Origin: Deltaproteobacteria bacterium
GTDB lineage: Bacteria; Myxococcota_A; UBA9160; SMWR01
Assembly (NCBI GenBank): GCA_024638705.1
Contig: JAHEJV010000003.1
Span: 1-48,211 of the forward strand
Direction of reading: 5' to 3'
Length of the DNA stretch: 48,211 nt
In this document: in pieces, positions 27,466 to 35,012 of the stretch
Layout: each line of letters begins with the position of its first letter
Position numbering within the stretch: position 1 is the stretch's first letter
Program-made: the position numbers and the translations under genes
Notes under the pieces: model-generated
Databases searched by the model: none
What the model saw: the letters and a program-made list of their open reading frames with translations, nothing else
Told to the model about the DNA's origin: nothing

Positions 27466-28731
27466 GTGGCCGAACCCGCAGACAGCCAGAAGCAGCTCGC
27501 CAGCACGCTCCGCGCCGCCGCGACCTGGGCCGCGGAAGCCGTCGGAGGCGGGCAATCGCTCGTCTTCGCGGTCGGCGAGACCGCGCCCCACGACGTACGG
27601 CTCCGCGCCGCGTCGGGCTTCGCGAATCCCGAGGACGCCCGCGCCGCCGGAACCGCGCTCGTAACGCACGTCCGGGATGCGATCGCCGCGACCGGAGCCA
27701 GCGAAGTCGCCGCCGACGTCCTGCCCGGGGGCCCGCGCGCCGCCGGCGGCGCGCGCATCCACCCCGTCCGCGCCGGCGATCAGCTCCTCGGCGCGCTCGC
27801 CCTCGCCTCGCCCGCACCGCCTTCGGAAGACCAGGATCGCCGAGTCGCCGAGATCGTCGGCGTGATCGCCCTCGCCCTCGACCATGCCCGCCTCGGGGCG
27901 GAATGCGCGTCCCTGCGCGCCGGACGCGACAAGGCAGGCGGCGAGGACGGCGAGACCAACGAAGAAGTCCTGCGCCTGTCCGAGGCGCTCTTCGCCCAGG
28001 ACATCGAACTCCTCCGCAACAACGAGAAGCTCGGCAAGATCGAACGGCTCAAGAACGACTTCATCGAGAAGATGAGCCGCGAGCTGCGCACCCCGCTCAA
28101 CAGCATCATCGAGGCGATCATCTCGGTGCTCACGGGCGAGGACGACGCGCTTTCGGAGAGCGCGAAATCGGCGCTGCGCAGCGCGCTCGACGAAGGCAGC
28201 GCGTTCCTGCGCACCCTGCAGAACATCCTCGATCTCTGGCGCATCAAGCAGGGCGAGCTCCCGGTCGAGTGCCAGGACGTCAACTTCCGCGAGCTCGCCG
28301 ACGAGGCGATCTTCAGCGTTCAGGACGCGATCGGCGAACGGAATCTCCGGATCGAGACCGAGATCGTCGAGCCCTTCCCGCGGCTGCGCACCGACCTCGC
28401 GAAGCTGAACCAGATCCTCTTCCTGCTGCTCGACAACGCGGTGAAGTTCACGCCCGAAGGGACGATCACGATCCGCGCCTGGGTCGACGAAGGCATGCTC
28501 CACGTTTCGGTCGTCGACGACGGCATCGGCATCTGCCACGACGACCAGCAGTTCATCTTCGACGAGTTCTATCAGGTGGACGAGCCGGCCTCGCAGAAAT
28601 ACCGCGGCGCGGGACTCGGCCTCACGCTCGTACGCGACCTGGTCGTGCTGGTCGAAGGCGAGATCTCGGTGCAGAGCGACATCGGTCGCGGCACCACCGT
28701 CTCGCTGACGATTCCGCTGCAGCAGGCCTGA
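27466..28731 (+). CDS. cytoplasmic GAF-like / HisKA-HATPase protein with Arg in place of the phospho-acceptor His
   Basis: 421-aa ORF (GTG start, 17 nt after the pilT stop). The N-terminal ~170 aa is GAF-like. The H-box reads FIEKMSRELRTPLNSI (canonical S-H-E-L-R-T-P-L). N box LLLDNAVKFT, G1 DDGIGI, F FDEFYQ and G2 GAGLGL are all present. Confidence 0.8.
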   Translation: MAEPADSQKQLASTLRAAATWAAEAVGGGQSLVFAVGETAPHDVRLRAASGFANPEDARAAGTALVTHVRDAIAATGASEVAADVLPGGPRAAGGARIHPVRAGDQLLGALALASPAPPSEDQDRRVAEIVGVIALALDHARLGAECASLRAGRDKAGGEDGETNEEVLRLSEALFAQDIELLRNNEKLGKIERLKNDFIEKMSRELRTPLNSIIEAIISVLTGEDDALSESAKSALRSALDEGSAFLRTLQNILDLWRIKQGELPVECQDVNFRELADEAIFSVQDAIGERNLRIETEIVEPFPRLRTDLAKLNQILFLLLDNAVKFTPEGTITIRAWVDEGMLHVSVVDDGIGICHDDQQFIFDEFYQVDEPASQKYRGAGLGLTLVRDLVVLVEGEISVQSDIGRGTTVSLTIPLQQA

Positions 28732-28732
28732 C

Positions 28733-28752
28733 GGCCGCGCGCAGCGTGCGGG
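28733..28752 (+). repeat. short fragment resembling the core of the dispersed element
   Basis: GGCCGCGCGCAGCGTGCGGG shares 14 consecutive nt (GGCCGCGCGCAGCG) with the kamA-locus copies. It fills the 21-nt convergent gap between the kinase-like gene stop and the rpoZ stop. Confidence 0.4.
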
Positions 28753-28962
28753 CTACTCCTCGGCGTCTTCCGCCGGGTAGTCGGGCTTGATGTAGCCCGC
28801 GGCGATCTCGCGCAGGGAGACGACGACTTCCTTGTTGTCTTCGGCTTCCACCAGGGCGCGGGCGCCCTTCTTCAGCTGCTTGGTCCGGATCGACGCCATC
28901 TGAACCAGATGGAATCGGTTCGGGACCTTCTCGGTGCAGTCCTCGACGGTGATGCGTGCCAT
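28753..28962 (-). CDS. rpoZ: DNA-directed RNA polymerase subunit omega
   Basis: 69-aa [37 protein letters not shown]... is the classic RpoZ N-terminus. Confidence 0.9.
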   Translation of the reverse strand: MARITVEDCTEKVPNRFHLVQMASIRTKQLKKGARALVEAEDNKEVVVSLREIAAGYIKPDYPAEDAEE

Positions 28963-29029
28963 GAAGTCTCGGGCCCCGTGGGGTTGAAGGTGGAGGCGGG
29001 ATCCTAGAGCAGGGCCCAGACGAAGGAAA

Positions 29030-29059
29030 CCCCGGCCGGCGCCGTAGCGCCGGCCGGGG
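29030..29059 (-). terminator. intrinsic-terminator-like hairpin downstream of the histone-like gene
   Basis: CCCCGGCCGGCGC-CGTA-GCGCCGGCCGGGG, a 13-bp perfect stem. On the minus strand it is followed by TTTCCTTCG, which is only a short U tract. Confidence 0.5.
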
Positions 29060-29089
29060 TCCTCGGACCCGTAAAGGCCGATTCAGCGG

Positions 29090-29392
29090 CTACCGCTTCT
29101 TGCGGCGAGCCTTCTTTCGCGTGGCCTTCTTGCGAGTGGCCTTCTTCCGGCGAGCCTTCTTGCGGGTCGCCTTCTTGCGAGTGGCCTTCTTCTTCCGGCG
29201 AGCCTTCTTACGGGTCGCCTTCTTGCGAGTGGCCTTCTTGCGTCGGGCCTTCTTCTTCGTGGCCTTCTTGCGAGTGGCCTTCTTGCGGGTGGCCTTCTTG
29301 CGTCGCGCCTTCTTGCGAGTGGCCTTCTTGCGAGTGGCCTTCTTCCTGCGCGTGGCCTTCTTGCGAGAGGCCTTCTTTCTTCGAGCTGCCAT
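29090..29392 (-). CDS. histone H1-like lysine/arginine repeat protein (100 aa)
   Basis: Inner ATG of track ORF 29090..29434. Sequence is MAARRKKASRKKATRRKKATRKKATRKKARRKKATRKK.... After Met it uses only K, R, A, T and S. This frame uses preferred AAG/GCC/CGC codons, whereas the other two frames (RRPLARR, AFFRVAFL) use rare codons. The DNA is a 21/24-nt tandem repeat over ~29093-29389. Confidence 0.7.
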   Translation of the reverse strand: MAARRKKASRKKATRRKKATRKKATRKKARRKKATRKKATRKKATKKKARRKKATRKKATRKKARRKKKATRKKATRKKARRKKATRKKATRKKARRKKR

Positions 29393-29894
29393 ACTTGGGT
29401 CACCCCCCTGTTCGGTTTGCTCTCGTTGTCCCACGGGCCGTGTGCTCTTCGCCGGTTCGGAGACGAATCTCCTCGCTGATGGTGAACCTACAGCCAGTCG
29501 GTCTGCCCCCTATCGGAGTCCCTCACACGACACTGAAGGCAATCTGCCCTCGTTCTGTCCATAAACCGCGGGCCTAGAGCAACTCTTGCAGATCAGGCTA
29601 CCAGCCCTGTTTCGAGGCCGTCAACCCACAAGCGCAAAAAAATCAACACCATGCAGATCCTAGCTGCGGGCCGGGAACCAAACATGGGCCCAACTCGACC
29701 GGAAGAAACGGAGGGAAGTCGGGCCCCGGGTCTTCGCAGCATTCGGTCGAACCCGGTGTGCGGGCGCGGGGAAAAGCATTGGTGAAGAGTTGACTTGGAA
29801 CGGCCGAGCGACTAACCACTGGCTCGGCGGGCACGGTCGTGTCGCCGGTGGCAATCCGCAGCCTGCTCTGCTCTGTTCCGTTCTGGGAGATTCC

Positions 29895-29987
29895 TTGGGC
29901 AACGTCATCAAGAAGCGCCGGAAGAAGATGCGCAAGCACAAGAAGCGCAAGCTCCTCCGACGGGCGCGCCACAAGCGCAAGCGCTAG
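29895..29987 (+). CDS. bS22-like / AURKAIP1-COX24-domain small basic ribosomal-type peptide (30 aa)
   Basis: Tail of track ORF 29790..29987. TTG 29895 is preceded by GGGAGA (5-nt spacing). (M)GNVIKKRRKKMRKHKKRKLLRRARHKRKR resembles mycobacterial bS22 [25 protein letters not shown]... (from memory). Confidence 0.7.
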   Translation: MGNVIKKRRKKMRKHKKRKLLRRARHKRKR

Positions 29988-30084
29988 AGGGCCCTGCCCT
30001 CACCGGTTCCCGACGGCGTCCGGAACCACGCGTGGATGACGATGCGACGGGTCGGCACGAGGCCGCACTCCGGACGCGCGAGGT

Positions 30085-30564
30085 CTAGGCGGTCGCCGGT
30101 TCCTCGCCCTCGGCCCGGATCCGCGCGCGTCCGATGACTCGACCCAGCAGACGATTCAACGCGTTCTCGCGGCGCAGGAACCCGAGCGGCGGACGACGGC
30201 GCTCGCCGAGTTGGGCCAGCAAAGCGCGGATCGCGGCGTTGTCCGGGTCGATCATCAACCCGCGCCGCAAGAGACGGATCGCCTCTCCCTTGAACCCGAA
30301 GCCCAGGTGGAGTCGCGCGAGGTTGTGGTAGTGGATCGGGTCGAAGAACTCGTCGCGCGCCGCACCCCGACAGAGCTCGAGCGCCTGCTCCCAGCGCCGC
30401 TCGCTCAATCCCAGCATGAGTCCGTAGTACGAGCGGTAGCGCGCCGCGCCCGGGTCGAGCCGATGCGCCGCGCGAAAGCAGGTCAGTGCGCGCTCGAGTG
30501 CGCCCGACTCGGATGCCTCGCACCCCTGGCGGAAATGGTCCTGCGCGCTGGCTTGCGTCGACAT
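30085..30564 (-). CDS. TPR repeat protein (159 aa)
   Basis: C-terminal part of track ORF 30085..31023, from MSTQASAQDHFRQGCEASESGALERALTCFRAAHRLDP. Carries 3-4 TPR-like helical pairs (..YYGLMLG.., ..YHNLARLHLGFGFKGEAIRLLRRGLMIDPDN). Confidence 0.65.
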   Translation of the reverse strand: MSTQASAQDHFRQGCEASESGALERALTCFRAAHRLDPGAARYRSYYGLMLGLSERRWEQALELCRGAARDEFFDPIHYHNLARLHLGFGFKGEAIRLLRRGLMIDPDNAAIRALLAQLGERRRPPLGFLRRENALNRLLGRVIGRARIRAEGEEPATA

Positions 30565-30870
30565 AGTGGTGAAATCACTTCGGTCGATCCGCGGCGATTC
30601 TTCAATCGGAATCGCGTCCCGACCCTCTTCCACCGGCAGAAGATCGGCAGGGATGGACGCGAAGATGCGGCGATCGCTGGGCGACGAAACGATCCGGCTT
30701 TCCGGCGGCCGGTTCTCTCGGGTCGCCGAACTCGGGGGCTCGACCGCCACCCTTCCGCAACGCCCGGATGGATCGCGCCCACCCCCGCGCGTCGTTCGCG
30801 GTCGCGCTACGCGCGTACACCCAGCCCTCTTCGCTGAGAGCCCCGGGTATCCGCCCGCCGTGGTGCCGGC

Positions 30871-30918
30871 GAGCGCGAATTCGGCGCGTGCGCAGCGAGG
30901 CGAGAGAGGCGCGGAATC
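30871..30918 (+). repeat. degenerate copy of the dispersed element
   Basis: GAGCGCGAATTCGGCGCGTGCGCAGCGAGGCGAGAGAGGCGCGGAATCG. It shares GCGCAGCGAGGCGA (14 nt) with the kamA-locus copies and is preceded by a GC-rich imperfect hairpin around an AATT loop. Its orientation is opposite to the flanking minus-strand genes. Confidence 0.4.
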
Positions 30919-30976
30919 GGACACGACCGGTTTTGCCGAGGCGAAACCCGCGGAGCGACCGGATCCCCGTCGGAAG

Positions 30977-31210
30977 TCAGTACTCGATGATCTCGAGGAT
31001 GTAGCGCTTCTTCTCCTTGCCACTCGCCGCTGCCATCAGCGTCCGAATGGCGGAAGCATGAGCGCCGCCCTTCCCGATCACCTTCCCGAGATCTTCCTTC
31101 GCAACCCGGAGTTCGAGCACGTGAGCGTGCTCGCCGATCACCTCTTTGATCTGAACCTCATCCGGCTTGTCGACGAGCGATCGAACGATTTCCATGATCA
31201 GCGACTTCAT
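30977..31210 (-). CDS. KH domain RNA-binding protein (YlqC/UPF0109 family)
   Basis: C-terminal 77 codons of track ORF 30977..31414. MKSLIMEIVRSLVDKPDEVQIKEVIGEHAHVLELRVAKEDLGKVIGKGGAHASAIRTLM contains the GKxIGKxG KH motif. GGAGG lies 5 nt upstream of the ATG. Confidence 0.85.
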   Translation of the reverse strand: MKSLIMEIVRSLVDKPDEVQIKEVIGEHAHVLELRVAKEDLGKVIGKGGAHASAIRTLMAAASGKEKKRYILEIIEY

Positions 31211-31420
31211 CTGCGCCTCCACATCCGCTTCGTCGACTCTTCGGATCGAACACGCGCCCCCCGCGCGGTCGCCGAAAGCCGAGCGGCGCAATGCACGTCT
31301 CACCCACGATAGCGCAGACGTTGGATTTCCGTACGCGACTTTGTGTCTCAGCGTCCCGCGAACACTCGCATTTCGCATATCGGCCCCGATCGAGACGCGT
31401 CTTCGGGCCCACACCCTTAC

Positions 31421-31655
31421 GCGGGGTTGGTGCTCCTTCTGCGGGCGCGGCCGGCCCGTTCAAGGCCGATAGCGAACGCGCCGACAGGTCCGTTACTCTG
31501 CGGCGCGCTTGCCCCGTGCCGTTCCCGGCGCGCGAGTGGGCGACGGAGCGGCATTCCGGCACGGCGGGCGTCCGGGGAGCCAGATCGCAGATCCGAGCCC
31601 GTTCGCGGATGGGAACGTAAGCGACACGAATGGACCCCACCGAACCGCACCAACC
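31421..31655 (+). promoter_or_regulatory. candidate Mg2+-sensing M-box (ykoK) riboswitch leader of mgtE
   Basis: Sits directly upstream of mgtE. GGGG-UUGGUGCUCCU, CGACAGG and CGUAAGCGACACGAAUGGA-CCCC occur in the same order as B. subtilis M-box GUUAGGUGAGGCUCCU, CAACAG and GCUAAAGCUCUACGAUUGAAG (recalled from memory, not computed). There is also a 9-bp long-range helix GGTTGGTGC (31425-31433) / GCACCAACC (31647-31655). Confidence 0.4.
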
Positions 31656-31730
31656 GGGTCTCCGGACCCGGCGCGCCTCCGTCTGAGCCCACGCGTCGCG
31701 CAGGCTCCGGCGGAGGTCGGAGAAAACGCG

Positions 31731-33086
31731 ATGGCGACGCCCGAATTCACAGCGCGCACGCTTCGTCGCCTTCTGGCGAGTGGCGTCACCACGCGCGCCG
31801 AGCGGCTGCTGGCGAAGATGCCGCCGGCGGACGTCGCGCCGCTGCTCTCCGATCTCACCGGCGACGAAGCTCGCACCGTGATCGAGCTGCTCTTCCGGCA
31901 GCGCCGCGCTGCACTCGTGATGCGCGAGCTGCCGCCGGAGATGCTGCCCCAGCTCTTCGAGGCGCTCTCCGATCAGCGGATCGCCGACGTGATCGCGCGC
32001 CTCGAGATCGACGACCTCCTCGAGCTCGTCGACTGGATTCCCGAGGATCGCCGCGCGGAGGTGCTGCAGCGCCTGCCCGATCACCGCCGCGACGAGTTGA
32101 TGAAGGCCGAGCTCTACCCCGAGTCCAGCGCGGGCCGGGTGATGACCACGGCCTTCATCGGACTCGACGAGAAGATGGCGGCGCAGGAGGCGATCGACTC
32201 GATCCGCGCGGCCGGCGACGGCAACGAGTCGATCCTCTACCTCTACGTCGTCGACGACCGGCGTTGTCTGAGCGGCGTCGTGCCGATCCGGCGCCTCGTC
32301 TCGTCACCGCCGTCGCGGCCCGTCGGAGAGATCATGATCCCCGACCCGGTTTGCGTGCGCGCCGAGGCCGACCAGGAGGAAGTCGCCGCAGTGGTGCGAC
32401 GCTACGACCTGCTCGCCGTCCCCGTCGTCGACGTCGACAACCGCCTGCTCGGCGTGATCACCGTCGACGACGTGATCGACGTCATCACCGAAGAGGCCAC
32501 CGAGGACATGTACCACCTCGCCGGCCTCTCCGACGAAGACCGCGTCTTCAGCCCCGCCCTGATCTCGATCCGCAAGCGTCTCCCCTGGATGCTCGTGAAT
32601 CTGGGCACCTGCTTCCTCGCCGCCTGGGTCGTCGGACTCTTCGAGCGCACGATCGAGCAGGTCGTCGCGCTCGCCGTCTTCATGCCCGTCGTCGCGGGGA
32701 TGGCCGGCAACGGCGGCACCCAGTCGCTGACGATCATCACGCGCGCGATCGCCCTAGGCGAGATCGAGTTCTCAACGGGCCTGCGCGCCGCGGGCAAGGA
32801 GCTCGCCGTCGGGCTCGTCATCGGCATCACCACGGGTGTCGCAAGCGCGGCGATCGCGATGTTCTGGCAAGCGAAGCCCGCCCTCGGTCTCGCCCTCTTC
32901 CTCGCCATGGTCGTCTCGATGGCGGTGTCCGGATTGATGGGCGCCGCCGTGCCCCTCGCGCTCAAGGCCCTGCGTCAGGACCCGGCGCTCGGCTCCGGCG
33001 TCATCGTCACGACCTTCACCGACGTATTCGCGTTCTTCGCCTTCCTCGGGATCGCGACGCTGATGCTCGATCGCCTGATCGCCTGA
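31731..33086 (+). CDS. mgtE: magnesium transporter MgtE
   Basis: C-terminal 451 codons of track ORF 31509..33086, from MATPEFTARTLRRLL. It has the N-domain, tandem CBS (AGRVMTTAF.., VGEIMIPDP.., LLAVPVVDVDNRLLGVITVDDVIDVI) and the TM domain with FMPVVAGMAGNGGTQS and DPALGSGVIVTTFTDV. Confidence 0.92.
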   Translation: MATPEFTARTLRRLLASGVTTRAERLLAKMPPADVAPLLSDLTGDEARTVIELLFRQRRAALVMRELPPEMLPQLFEALSDQRIADVIARLEIDDLLELVDWIPEDRRAEVLQRLPDHRRDELMKAELYPESSAGRVMTTAFIGLDEKMAAQEAIDSIRAAGDGNESILYLYVVDDRRCLSGVVPIRRLVSSPPSRPVGEIMIPDPVCVRAEADQEEVAAVVRRYDLLAVPVVDVDNRLLGVITVDDVIDVITEEATEDMYHLAGLSDEDRVFSPALISIRKRLPWMLVNLGTCFLAAWVVGLFERTIEQVVALAVFMPVVAGMAGNGGTQSLTIITRAIALGEIEFSTGLRAAGKELAVGLVIGITTGVASAAIAMFWQAKPALGLALFLAMVVSMAVSGLMGAAVPLALKALRQDPALGSGVIVTTFTDVFAFFAFLGIATLMLDRLIA

Positions 33087-33139
33087 TCGCGCCGCGCGAG
33101 GGCAGCGCCAGCCGATCCTTCGCGGCTACCTTCGCCGCC

Positions 33140-34108
33140 ATGCAACTGCGAACCCCTCTCTGCGATCTTCTCGGAATCGACGTCCCGATCTGCCTGGCGG
33201 GCATGGGCGGCGTCGCCTACGCCGAAGTGTGCGCCGCCGTGTCCGAAGCGGGCGGCTTCGGAACCCTCGGCATGGCGGGCGCCTCGCCCGACGGCATCCG
33301 CGACGAGATGCGCCGCGTGCGCGAACTCACTGACAAGCCCTTCGGCGTCGACCTGCTCGCCGCCCTCCCCGAGAGCATGCTCGCCTCGATCGACGTGATC
33401 ATCGACGGGGGGGCGAAGGCCTTCATCGCCGGCCTCGGCGTGCCCGGCCCGGTCATCCAGCGCTGTCACGACGCCGGCCTGCTCGTGATGAGCATGTGCG
33501 GAAAGGTGAGCCATGCGACCGCGGCCGAGGACGCGGGCTGCGACGTCGTCGTCGCCCAGGGCACCGAGGCGGGCGGACACACCGGATCGATCGGCGGCGT
33601 CGCCTTGATCCCGCAGATCGTCGACGCCGTCGACATTCCCGTGCTCGCCGCCGGCTCGTTCGTCGACGGGCGCGGCCTGGCCGCCGCCCTCGCCTTCGGC
33701 GCCCAGGGCGTCTGGATGGGCACCCGCTTCATCGCCTCCCACGAAGCGCGCGCCAACGAGGGCTACAAGAAGCGCATCACCGAGATCGGCTCGGCGGACA
33801 CGGCGGTCACCCGGAGCTACTCCGGGAAGCCGATGCGCGTCGTGCGCAACCGCTGGGTCGACGACTGGGAGCGCCGCCCGGACGAGATCCAGCGCTTTCC
33901 CGACCAGATGGTGCGCTCGGCGCGGGAAGGCGTGCTGCTCTTCGCGACGGGAGACGCCGACACTTTCGACACCGAGCAGGCTTGCATGCCCTGTGGTCAG
34001 GGCGCCGGCGCGATCGACGACGTTCCGAGCTGTGCCGAGATCATCGACCGGGTCATGCGCGACGCGCAGGAGACGATCGAGCGGCTCGGCTCGCTCGCTT
34101 CGCGTTAG
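33140..34108 (+). CDS. nitronate monooxygenase (NMO / 2-nitropropane dioxygenase family, FMN-dependent)
   Basis: C-terminal 322 codons of track ORF 31343..34108. MQLRTPLCDLLGIDVPICLAGMGGVA, VVVAQGTEAGGHTG, IPVLAAGSFVDGRGLAAALAFGAQGVWMGTRF. Confidence 0.85.
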   Translation: MQLRTPLCDLLGIDVPICLAGMGGVAYAEVCAAVSEAGGFGTLGMAGASPDGIRDEMRRVRELTDKPFGVDLLAALPESMLASIDVIIDGGAKAFIAGLGVPGPVIQRCHDAGLLVMSMCGKVSHATAAEDAGCDVVVAQGTEAGGHTGSIGGVALIPQIVDAVDIPVLAAGSFVDGRGLAAALAFGAQGVWMGTRFIASHEARANEGYKKRITEIGSADTAVTRSYSGKPMRVVRNRWVDDWERRPDEIQRFPDQMVRSAREGVLLFATGDADTFDTEQACMPCGQGAGAIDDVPSCAEIIDRVMRDAQETIERLGSLASR

Positions 34109-34931
34109 GCCGCGGCCGCAATCTCGGGCGGAACGCGACGAAGGTCAGGTCGTCGGGCTTCGACGGCTCCTCCTCGGCGGGGGCGTGCATGCGCGCGCGT
34201 GCCAGCTCGGCGAGGCGCCCACTCGCCACGGCGAGGGAACCGGTGCGCAGCAACGCGACGATCTCCTCCGTGCGCAGGTTGTCCGACAACCCGTCACTCG
34301 CGATCAACACGGTGTCGAGCGGCGCGAGGCGTCGATTGGACCCGATCTCGATGCGCATGTCCGGCGCGCCGAGCACGTTCGACACGAGGTGCCGGTGTTC
34401 GTGGTGCATCGCTTCGCCCTCGTCGAGCACCCCGGCTTCGACGGCGAACCCGACCGGCGAATGCGCGACGGTCTGGAGCTTGAGCTTCCCCCGCTGACCG
34501 ATCTGGAGGATCGTCGAATCGCCGACGTGGTAGGGCCGGATCGACTCCGGCCCGATCTCGACGGCGGCGAGGGTCGTCCCGGCGCCGACGCCCAGCGCGC
34601 AGATCGCCTCGTTCGCCCGCTCGAACCCGTTCAGGATCCCCGTCCGGAGCATCCAGCCCTCGCGCCGCGCCTCCCCGATGGCCGTTTCCAGCGATTCGAC
34701 CGCCAGTCCGGAGGCGCGCGCCCCGCCCCGCTCGCCGCCCATGCCGTCCGCCACCGCCAGCACGCCGGAGACGTCGTCGAAGGGAAGCAGCGCGGCCGAG
34801 TCTTCGTTCGGCCCCGTGCGGCCGGGTGATCTGCAACTGAAGAGCGCCACTTCGCCGGCGCCGAAGGCGTGCACTTCGGCCTCGTCCATGTCCCCATCGA
34901 GGACGCGGTGCGCCGAGCGGGGTTCGGACAT
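34053..34931 (-). CDS. PP2C-family Ser/Thr protein phosphatase
   Basis: 292-aa ORF. GRTGPNEDSA, LAVADGMGGERGG, GTTLAAV, IASDGLSDNL. The last 56 nt overlap the 3' end of the convergent NMO gene. Confidence 0.8.
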   Translation of the reverse strand: MSEPRSAHRVLDGDMDEAEVHAFGAGEVALFSCRSPGRTGPNEDSAALLPFDDVSGVLAVADGMGGERGGARASGLAVESLETAIGEARREGWMLRTGILNGFERANEAICALGVGAGTTLAAVEIGPESIRPYHVGDSTILQIGQRGKLKLQTVAHSPVGFAVEAGVLDEGEAMHHEHRHLVSNVLGAPDMRIEIGSNRRLAPLDTVLIASDGLSDNLRTEEIVALLRTGSLAVASGRLAELARARMHAPAEEEPSKPDDLTFVAFRPRLRPRPNAKRASRAARSSPARRA

Positions 34932-35012
34932 GGCCGAAGCTTAGCCGGATGCGGCCGCCACGCCGCGGCGCCCGGCGTTGCAGCTATGCTGCCGACCCGA
35001 CGTGTGTCTCCC

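Noticed and set aside
29690-29730. CCGGAAGAAACGGAGGGAAG, resembling the SRP RNA domain IV motif CCGGAAGGAAGCAGC.
   Set aside because: The surrounding sequence cannot form the GGAA-tetraloop helix with the symmetric and asymmetric loops. No long pairing of 5' and 3' ends is evident either.
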